A stretch of 64,000 bases of DNA from Myxococcota bacterium. GTDB lineage: Bacteria > Myxococcota_A > Polyangia > Nannocystales > Nannocystaceae. Under the pieces are notes generated by a model. That model saw only the letters and a list, made by a program, of their open reading frames with translations, made no database searches and was not told the origin of the DNA. A program made the translations under genes and the position numbers. Location of the stretch: NCBI GenBank assembly GCA_039194325.1, contig JBCCWC010000003.1, positions 128,001 to 192,000 on the forward strand. Reading direction: 5' to 3'. Positions 41,044-48,574 of the stretch are shown one piece after another (positions within the stretch are counted from its first letter, which is position 1; every line of letters starts with the position of its first letter).

Positions 41044-41373
41044 CGCGCCAGTCGGAGCGGAACGATCTGTTCCCCCTTCCCCGGATGGTGGCTCCCTGCT
41101 TCGAAGGCTTCCACCATACGTCGAGCGCTGCGAGCTCGGCCGATGCTCTTGGCCCCCAATCGAGGAGCGAACCCGCGCTTTTAGACTCTGGCAGAACGAA
41201 AAGGCGTTGGAACGCACGAGTCTCCACGAGAACCCTCAGCGTACTCTCCTCGTCGTTCATCGGATAAACCGATGAAGTCATTGGGAAATTCATCCTCGTC
41301 GAAATCGACGCATCGCTCCCCACGAAAGGAATTGCATGATCTTTGTTCAATGTCGGGCAATTATTAAACCAGA

Positions 41374-42516
41374 ATGGGACAGCGCTTCGCTCCTCGTGCT
41401 TTCGTCATCGCTACCGCCGGGTTCTTCGCGGCGATCTCCTCGAACGCATCGGCCCGGCCGACCGGCGAGCCGCAGGCCTGCGCCAACTGCCACTACGAGA
41501 CCGAGGGGCCGCTCATCGATCTGCGCTTCGACAACGAGTCGCCCGACACGGGCGACACGGTCGCGCTGACCCTCGAGCTCGAGGCGGTCAACGCAGAAGC
41601 ACTGCGCACGGGCATGTTCATCACGGTCGACGGAGGCCAGTTCGTTTTGGTCGAGCCCGAGTCGACCCGCTTTGCCGAGGACGGTGTTCCGACCGCGGTC
41701 TTGCACTCCGAGCCCCGGGATCTCGACGGCTCGGGTCAGGCCCAGTTCCAGGTCGAGTGGGTCGCCCCCGATCAGATCGGCGTGGTCGAGTTCGAGGTGT
41801 GGTCGATGACGGGCAACAGCAACGGCGACTCGGCCGACGACCACCACGCGACTCGCACCTACAGCATCGCGCACGGCTGCGACGGGGTCTACTACCACCT
41901 CGACACCGATGGCGACGGCTTCGGCGATCCCGAGTCGGCCGTCTTGTCGTGCGACCCGATCGACGGCCGGATCGCGCAAGGCGGTGACTGCAACGACGCC
42001 GACGCGACCGTGAACCCGGGAGCCACCGAGCTTTGCAACGCGGTCGACGACAACTGCGACGGGGAAGCCGACGAAGGGCTCGAGCCGGGCATCTACTACC
42101 CCGACACCGACAACGACGGCTACGCCGAGAATTTCAACGAGCCCGAGTTCACCTGCGCCAGCGAGCCCGGTTACGCAGCCGAGGGTGGCGACTGTGCTCC
42201 GGACGATCCCGAGATCAACCCCGGCGCTCCCGAGCGGGCCAACGGCGTGGACGACAACTGCAACGGAGAGATCGACGAGGACGTCTCCTCCGAAGAGGGC
42301 TCGGGCGGTCCTAGCTCCGACTCCGACGGCGCGAGCGGAGAGTCGGGTGGCGCGCTGCCCGGGGCCAACGACGACGGTGGAGACAGCGGTGGCTGCCATG
42401 TGCACGCCTCCGAGCGCTCTGGCTGGGCCGCCGTGGGCCTGTGGGCGCTGCTGCTGGGTGTGGGGACTCGGCGCCGGCGCTCAGACCGACGCTCAGACCG
42501 ACGCTCAATCGTTTGA
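41374..42516 (+). CDS. MYXO-CTERM surface protein with CxxCH + Reeler-like domain and Asp/Cys-rich putative metal-binding repeats
   Basis: Signal peptide, CANCH, QVEWVAP, DCND..VNPGATELCN..DDNCDG repeats, GGC + TM + RRRR tail. Confidence 0.82.
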   Translation: MGQRFAPRAFVIATAGFFAAISSNASARPTGEPQACANCHYETEGPLIDLRFDNESPDTGDTVALTLELEAVNAEALRTGMFITVDGGQFVLVEPESTRFAEDGVPTAVLHSEPRDLDGSGQAQFQVEWVAPDQIGVVEFEVWSMTGNSNGDSADDHHATRTYSIAHGCDGVYYHLDTDGDGFGDPESAVLSCDPIDGRIAQGGDCNDADATVNPGATELCNAVDDNCDGEADEGLEPGIYYPDTDNDGYAENFNEPEFTCASEPGYAAEGGDCAPDDPEINPGAPERANGVDDNCNGEIDEDVSSEEGSGGPSSDSDGASGESGGALPGANDDGGDSGGCHVHASERSGWAAVGLWALLLGVGTRRRRSDRRSDRRSIV

Positions 42517-42673
42517 GCGGCTCGGGCCTCGGGCCGGCCCGATCTTGCCGGCGGCTCCGGAGTGAGCGTGGGTCCTAGGACCTGTGCTCGCTCGACCGCA
42601 TGATCGGCCCGAGGCACGACGGCACAGTCGGCGGCCATGGCCCCCACAACGCGGCCCTGCTAGCGTAGCGTCC

Positions 42674-44200
42674 ATGAACCTTCGCCCCTTGCGCCTCGCC
42701 CCATGGCTCTGGGGTGCGTGGATGGTAGGCTGCTTGCCCGGCAACCCCTCCAGCGACACCACGACCACCACCGAGGGAACGGCCGATTCCACCGGCACCG
42801 GCACGGGCAGCGAGACGGAGGACCCGGCGGCGGGCGGCGAGCTGCTCGGCTGCCCGCCCGGCGGCGGCTGTGTGATGCTGCTGGCCGCCCAGACCCTCGA
42901 CGACCGGATCGAGGTGTTCGTGCCCGATCACCCCGACTCGGCATACCGCGGATCGATCTCGATGGATCTCAAGCCCAACGAGTGCGCCGGCTGTGGCCTG
43001 GGCGACAACGGCTCGGGGCGTCTCGACGAACCCTTTGGCTTGGTGCGCGCGGGTGGCTACTTGCACGTGCTCACCGGTCACTACCCCAGCCGGCAAGAAG
43101 GCAGCCTGGTCGCGTTTCCGCTGGACTTCTTCGCGGACTATTCGTCGGGGAGCGTGGTGCCGGTGAGCGACTACTTTGCGTCCTCGCAGTTCCTCGACCC
43201 GGTGGTGGGTCGCAGCCTCGGCGAGGTGGAGCCGATCTTCTTGCATGCCCACGCCTCGGGTCGCCTGGTGGTGGGGGTCTTCAACAACGATCTATTCGCC
43301 GGCGAGGACACCTGGACGCAGACGGGTCGCCTGTTGGTCATCGATCCCGCCGATCCCACCGGCGAGGTGGGCTCGGTGACCCTCGAGGGCCTCGACAATG
43401 GTCCATGCCGGGGGGCCTCGCAGGTGGTCGACCTGGGGGGTGAGATCCTGGCGGTGGCCTGCGACGGCAACGAGGGCGTGGCCGTGCTCGATGGCTCCAA
43501 CCTGGCCACGGGTACCGTGGCCGAGGCCGCGGCCACCTTGGGAACGGGGGCGTTTTGTTCGATCCCCGGCGCCATGTCGAACAAGCGGGTACGCTACCTG
43601 GCGCCCGACGGCGGATCGGGCACCGGATTCCTGGTCGGCGAGGGCCCCACCCCGCTCGACATCAACGGCACCGCGCGTCTGTGGCACTTTTCGACCAACT
43701 GCGGGCTGGTGGGCAACGTGCAGCTCAGTGACATGGGAGCGCCGGGAGACTGGCAGCTGGGGGAGTTTGTGCGCTTGCCCTCCGCGACGCCCACGTGGCT
43801 GTTTGCCGCGGGCTCGGCCCTGGACGGCGGCCGACGCGGGGTATTTGTGGCGCACGAGGCCAGCGGCTCGCTGGAGATGTGTCCCGATCCGATCGCCGGC
43901 TTCGACTCGGCCTGGGACGACGGCAACGGTGATTTCGTCGAGCCCTTCGCGCTGGCCCTCACCAGCGACGGGGCCAACCTCGCGGTGGGCGCGGGGCCGT
44001 TCATTGCCGACCCGGCCGGGGTCGGCTACGGCAAGGTGCTGTGGGCCTCGCTGTCGGGATCCGATCCATGCTCGTTGTCGGCGAGCGTGACCGACCTAAC
44101 CGATGGTGATCCCGGTCGGGCACCGGCGCCCACCGATGCCGACCCGCTCACGTTTCGCCGCGGACCCAACGTGGTCGTGATCCAGGAGATCTCCGGTTGA
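42674..44200 (+). CDS. Hypothetical lipoprotein, probable beta-propeller
   Basis: Lipobox VGC, Thr-rich linker, EPFGL/EPFAL blades, several Cys pairs; TGATG coupling to next gene. Confidence 0.75.
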   Translation: MNLRPLRLAPWLWGAWMVGCLPGNPSSDTTTTTEGTADSTGTGTGSETEDPAAGGELLGCPPGGGCVMLLAAQTLDDRIEVFVPDHPDSAYRGSISMDLKPNECAGCGLGDNGSGRLDEPFGLVRAGGYLHVLTGHYPSRQEGSLVAFPLDFFADYSSGSVVPVSDYFASSQFLDPVVGRSLGEVEPIFLHAHASGRLVVGVFNNDLFAGEDTWTQTGRLLVIDPADPTGEVGSVTLEGLDNGPCRGASQVVDLGGEILAVACDGNEGVAVLDGSNLATGTVAEAAATLGTGAFCSIPGAMSNKRVRYLAPDGGSGTGFLVGEGPTPLDINGTARLWHFSTNCGLVGNVQLSDMGAPGDWQLGEFVRLPSATPTWLFAAGSALDGGRRGVFVAHEASGSLEMCPDPIAGFDSAWDDGNGDFVEPFALALTSDGANLAVGAGPFIADPAGVGYGKVLWASLSGSDPCSLSASVTDLTDGDPGRAPAPTDADPLTFRRGPNVVVIQEISG

Positions 44201-46527
44201 TGACCACGCCAAGCCGACCGTCTCGACCCCCGAGCACTCCCCGGCGATCCATTCGATTGCCCGTAGTTCGATTGCCCGTAGTCGATGCCCAGTCGCCCGT
44301 GACCCCGGCCGACGATCCACTGGCCTTCGTGCGCGGGGGTCGTTTTGCCCGGGCGTTTGCTCTGGTGGTGGCGGTGATCGGCTTGGTGTGGATCGGTGCG
44401 CACCGGGTCCAGGCCCGCAACCTCGCCGAAGCGCAAGTGCGGGTGCACGCCGATCTCCGCGACGACCCCCGCTTCGCGAGCATGGTGGCCCGGCTGGCGG
44501 CGCCGCCGATGCCTCCGGTGGAGGACATCACGCCAGACCGTAGCGGTGAAGGTGGCGGTGAGGGCAGCGTGCCGCCGATGCCGGCGGTGGAAGACATCAC
44601 ACCAGACCGTAGCGATGAAGGTGGCGGTGAGGGCAGCGTGCCGCCGATGCCTCCGGTGGAGGACATCACGCCAGACCGTAGCGATGAAGGTGGCGGTGAG
44701 GGCGGCGTGCCGCCGATGCCGGCGGTGGAGGACATCACGCCCGCGGGCAATGGCGACGAGGAGGTCTACACCGATCGCTTTGGTCGCAAGCGCACCAAGT
44801 CGGGCGCGCTCATCCTCGACGAGGAGGGCGGCGGTGAGGAGGGAATCGGGCTCGACCCGGGCGTCGTTGCCGAGCTCGACCAGGGGGGGTTTTTCGATCC
44901 CACGGCCTTCGATGACGCCAAGACGGTCAAGAAGAAGGCCTACGTACACCTGATGCCGGGGATCCCCAACTCGGTGTTCTTCGCCTCGGGTGTGGTGATC
45001 TTACTGCTGTCGTTCCTGGTATTCGAGCGCTACGGCAAGCGTAAGGATCCCCGCTCGCGCGAGCGCGGGTACTGGCGCCTCGAGCTGACGCGCTGGCCGT
45101 GGCTGGCCCGGGCGATCAAGAGCCGGTGGTTCCAGCCCGCGGTGCAGCTACCGGTGGTGATCGGCTTCTTGGCCGTGATCGTGGCCGGCCTGGTGGGCAG
45201 CCAGGAGCCAGGCCGCAACATCGCGCCGGTGCTCACCTGGAACATCTGGTGGATCGGCCTCATCTTCGCGGTGTTCTTCTTCGGCAACCTGTGGTGCTTC
45301 ATGTGCCCCTGGACGGCCATTCCCGACTGGGCCAGCCGGCTGTCGCTGACCAGCACCACGGCGATCCGCAGCCTGGGCAAGAAGTACCCGCGCTTCAAGC
45401 TGTGGATGTGGCCCGCGATCATCCTGTTCGCGGTGATCACCTGGCTCGAGATCATCTACGACGCGGCCAACCGCCCCTGGCTGACCTCGGTGATCGCGAT
45501 CTTCATGGTGGTCTTGTCGTGGGTGATGCTGGTGCTCTACGAGCGCAAGGCGATGTGCCGCTACGTATGCTTCGTGGGCCGGGTGAGCGGCCAATACGCC
45601 ATGATGGGCATGGTCGAGCTACGGCGCCGCGATCCCGAGATCTGCCGCCGCTGCGAGAACAAGGACTGCTACCGCGGCCGAGAGGGGGTCGGCCTGCCCT
45701 GCCCCACCCACGAGTTCATGGGGGCGATGAACGAGAATCAGTACTGCACGCTGTGCACCGAGTGCGTCAAGAGCTGCCCCCACGACAACATCGCGCTCAA
45801 CGTGCGCAGTAGCGGGGCGGACATCCTCTATCCTCATCGCAGCCGGAAGGACGAGGCCTATATGGCCATCCTGGTGTTCATCGTCAGCGCCTTTCACGGC
45901 GCGGCTATGATCCCGCTGTGGATGGAGTGGGAGGACGCGATCCGCGGCTTCATCATCGACACGCAGACCGCCTGGCTGGGCCAGGAAGTCCTGGGCTTTT
46001 CGGGCAGCCAGGGCGGCACGATGACCTTCACCCTGATGATGCTGGCCTGCATCTTTATCCCCGGCCTGGTCTACTGGCTGCTGTGCGCGGCCATGCGCTG
46101 GGCCAGCGGACGCCCGGACATCAAGCTCCGCCGGGTCTTCATCCGCTTCGCGTACACGCTGCTGCCGATCGCGCTATTTTATCACCTGGCCCACAACGCC
46201 ACCCATGTGTTCTATGAGTGGTCCAAGCTGCGGCGCCTGGTCAGCGACCCGCTGGGTTGGGGTACCGACTACTTCGGCACCGCCCGCGCCCCGCTGTCGG
46301 CCCTGTGGTCGCCCGAGAGCATCTGGTACCTCCAGGTGGCGCTCATTATCATCGGGCATATCTACGGGATCCTGGTGGCCCAGCGCGAGGCGTTCCGGCT
46401 GTACGACGGCGACCGCAAGGCCAGCCTACGGGTGCACCTGGTGATGATGGTGGGCATGGTCGCGATGAGCATGCTCAGCCTGTGGCTGCTGGCCCAGCCG
46501 ATGTTCATGCGCACGGCCGAGGTGTAG
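44200..46527 (+). CDS. Multi-TM 4Fe-4S polyferredoxin (NapH/FtrD/NosR-like) with extracytoplasmic tandem repeats
   Basis: WNIWW, LWCFMCPW, MCRYVCF, CRRC...C...CP, CTLCTECVKSCP; many TM helices. Confidence 0.88.
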   Translation: MTTPSRPSRPPSTPRRSIRLPVVRLPVVDAQSPVTPADDPLAFVRGGRFARAFALVVAVIGLVWIGAHRVQARNLAEAQVRVHADLRDDPRFASMVARLAAPPMPPVEDITPDRSGEGGGEGSVPPMPAVEDITPDRSDEGGGEGSVPPMPPVEDITPDRSDEGGGEGGVPPMPAVEDITPAGNGDEEVYTDRFGRKRTKSGALILDEEGGGEEGIGLDPGVVAELDQGGFFDPTAFDDAKTVKKKAYVHLMPGIPNSVFFASGVVILLLSFLVFERYGKRKDPRSRERGYWRLELTRWPWLARAIKSRWFQPAVQLPVVIGFLAVIVAGLVGSQEPGRNIAPVLTWNIWWIGLIFAVFFFGNLWCFMCPWTAIPDWASRLSLTSTTAIRSLGKKYPRFKLWMWPAIILFAVITWLEIIYDAANRPWLTSVIAIFMVVLSWVMLVLYERKAMCRYVCFVGRVSGQYAMMGMVELRRRDPEICRRCENKDCYRGREGVGLPCPTHEFMGAMNENQYCTLCTECVKSCPHDNIALNVRSSGADILYPHRSRKDEAYMAILVFIVSAFHGAAMIPLWMEWEDAIRGFIIDTQTAWLGQEVLGFSGSQGGTMTFTLMMLACIFIPGLVYWLLCAAMRWASGRPDIKLRRVFIRFAYTLLPIALFYHLAHNATHVFYEWSKLRRLVSDPLGWGTDYFGTARAPLSALWSPESIWYLQVALIIIGHIYGILVAQREAFRLYDGDRKASLRVHLVMMVGMVAMSMLSLWLLAQPMFMRTAEV
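44503..44742 (+). repeat. 69-bp (23-aa) in-frame tandem repeat PPMP(P/A)VEDITPDRS(G/D)EGGGEG(S/G)V, 3 full copies plus a partial copy
   Basis: Read directly in DNA and protein. Confidence 0.95.
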
Positions 46528-46589
46528 ACCCCGCAGCCTAGACCCGCGGTGTAGACCCGCGGTGTAGACCCCGCAGCCTAGACCCGCGG
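46521..46589. repeat. Nested tandem repeats of (GTG/CC)TAGACCC beginning at the polyferredoxin stop codon
   Basis: GGTGTAGACCCCGCAGCCTAGACCCGC occurs twice with a GGTGTAGACCCGC unit between. Confidence 0.85.
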
Positions 46590-46593
46590 GGCG

Positions 46594-47187
46594 TCAGACC
46601 CCCGGTAGCCCGTCGACGCAAGACGAGAGGTTCGGGTAGCACGCCAGATCCGGCACGCACACGTCTCGGTCGGCGCCTTCGTCGGCCGCACAGGTGAGCA
46701 CGTCGATCGTCACCCCGCCCACGGTGGGCGGGGTGCAGTTCGCCTCGGCGGCGCAGGGGATCGTGCAATCACGCTCGCCTTGGAACGTGGCGCACACCAG
46801 ATCTCCGTCGCAGTCGTCGTCGTCGTTGCAGGGCAGACGCGGCGGCTCGGGTGGGGGCTCCGGCGCCGGGGGAGGCTCGTCGGCGCCTACTCGGCAAAAG
46901 TCCAGCCCCACGAGCGCGAAGGTGCTGGTGTCGCAGTAGAACCCGCTGGGGCAACCTCCGTCGCAGGGCTCGGTGCAGTAGATCGGCGGGCTGTCGGTCG
47001 CGATCCCCACGCAGACCAGCCCTGCGCACTCGTCGGGCTCTTCGCAGGGGCCCTCGCCGGTGGGCTTGAGAGCACCTGCCCCTCCATCTGCGTCTCCATC
47101 TTCATTGCTGGCTTCACAGGCCGGGGTCAGCAGGCCGAGGGCCAAGGCGATCGAGCAGGCGCGTGCGAAACTGTGGGTCATCATCAT
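46594..47187 (-). CDS. Cys-rich lipoprotein
   Basis: GAGGAG RBS, signal with TPAC lipobox, multiple C..D.DC motifs. Confidence 0.8.
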   Translation of the reverse strand: MMMTHSFARACSIALALGLLTPACEASNEDGDADGGAGALKPTGEGPCEEPDECAGLVCVGIATDSPPIYCTEPCDGGCPSGFYCDTSTFALVGLDFCRVGADEPPPAPEPPPEPPRLPCNDDDDCDGDLVCATFQGERDCTIPCAAEANCTPPTVGGVTIDVLTCAADEGADRDVCVPDLACYPNLSSCVDGLPGV

Positions 47188-47445
47188 GGTCGGCTCCTCA
47201 TGGGTAGGGCCCAGCCGGGCCCTCACCAAGACGGTCCACGCTCGCGGGATTTTTGATTGCTGGTTTCGTCCTATACTGCGATCGATGGGCGAGATCGGGG
47301 TCGAAGGCTGGATCTGGCTCCAGCGCGGCTGTGGCGTCGGGTTCGGTTGCGAGGTCGGGGCTCGGGTGTCGGGGGCTTGGGTGTCCGGGGTTACCCGGGG
47401 TCTTGATGTCCGGGCCGGTGGTTGCGCCCAACCCGAGGTACGCGC

Positions 47446-48480
47446 ATGAGCGCGGATCCCCCCGGCGAAGACGCCCCCGATCTGTTCGACCGCGAGCCGG
47501 TCACTTCGTCCTCGTCCGATCCCGCGGCACAGGTCGAGGACGAGCGTCTGCGTACCGAGCTACGGGCGCGTCTATTCGGTGAGCCCCGGTCGGCGGTTCG
47601 GATCGGTGAGTACGAGGTGTTGCACAAGCTGGGCCAGGGTGGCACCAGCACCGTGTTCGCGGTGCGCGACCGTCAGGGTCGCTCGCGGGCGCTCAAGCTC
47701 GTCCAGTCGTGTGACCCTCGCTCGCTGGCTCGGCTGCGCCGAGAGGGGCGAGCGATGGAAGCGCTGGTTCACCCTCATATCGTGCGCATGCACCAGATGG
47801 GCACCCACGGTGACGCGGTCTACGTGGTGTTCGACTTGATCGAAGGCGTCGCCCTTCAGTCTTGGCTACGAAGCGCACGGTCATGGCGCGAGACGCTCGC
47901 TTGCCTGCTGCCCGTGCTCGATGGCCTCGCGTCGGCCCACGCGCTGGGCATCCTTCATCGCGACCTCAAGCCCGAGAACATCCTGGTCCAGCCGCCCTCT
48001 CACGCGTGGCTGCTGGACTTTGGCCTGGCTCTTCCGCTGCCGGGCAGCGACGCTCAGGCGCTGACCCACATGAGCCAGGCGCTGACCCGCACCGGAGCGG
48101 TGCTCGGGACCGTGGGCTACATCGCGCCTGAGCACCTGCTGGGCCAACCTCTCGATGCGCGGGCCGATCAGTTCTCGATCTGCGTGGTGCTGTGGCAGGC
48201 GCTCTACGGACAGGCGCCGTTCACGGGGCCCACCGCCGACGCGATCGGGTTGGCGGCGCTGCGGGAGCGGTGCAATGAGCCACCGCGTGGCGACGTACCT
48301 TCGGCCGTCGAGGCTGCGCTACGCAAGGGGCTACGCGCCGAGCCTTCGGCTCGACACGCTTCGGTACGAGCGCTGGCCGACGTCCTCGACCGCGCGATGC
48401 CGAGCACAGACCCAAGCGCAGACCCAAGCGCAGACAAGCATCGCGGGTGGTTGGCTCGCTGGCGTAGGCGCAGGCGCTGA
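47446..48480 (+). CDS. Short cytoplasmic Ser/Thr protein kinase
   Basis: GQGGTSTV, ALK, HRDLKPEN, DFG, GTVGYIAPE; no TM or TPR. Confidence 0.92.
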   Translation: MSADPPGEDAPDLFDREPVTSSSSDPAAQVEDERLRTELRARLFGEPRSAVRIGEYEVLHKLGQGGTSTVFAVRDRQGRSRALKLVQSCDPRSLARLRREGRAMEALVHPHIVRMHQMGTHGDAVYVVFDLIEGVALQSWLRSARSWRETLACLLPVLDGLASAHALGILHRDLKPENILVQPPSHAWLLDFGLALPLPGSDAQALTHMSQALTRTGAVLGTVGYIAPEHLLGQPLDARADQFSICVVLWQALYGQAPFTGPTADAIGLAALRERCNEPPRGDVPSAVEAALRKGLRAEPSARHASVRALADVLDRAMPSTDPSADPSADKHRGWLARWRRRRR

Positions 48481-48574
48481 ACGGCCCGTCGCTCGTCGAG
48501 CCACGACGTAGTCCTCCTAGATGGGCGGGCGCGCATGAGTCGGTGTTTGCGACCCATGGTGACGATGGCAGACA

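Noticed and set aside
40835..41350. 171-aa minus-strand ORF as a third cassette gene
   Set aside because: No recognisable motifs, overlaps DUF3226 gene, weak codon bias; treated as remnant DNA
44503..44742. 69-bp repeats as a CRISPR array
   Set aside because: Contiguous in-frame coding repeats with no unique spacers
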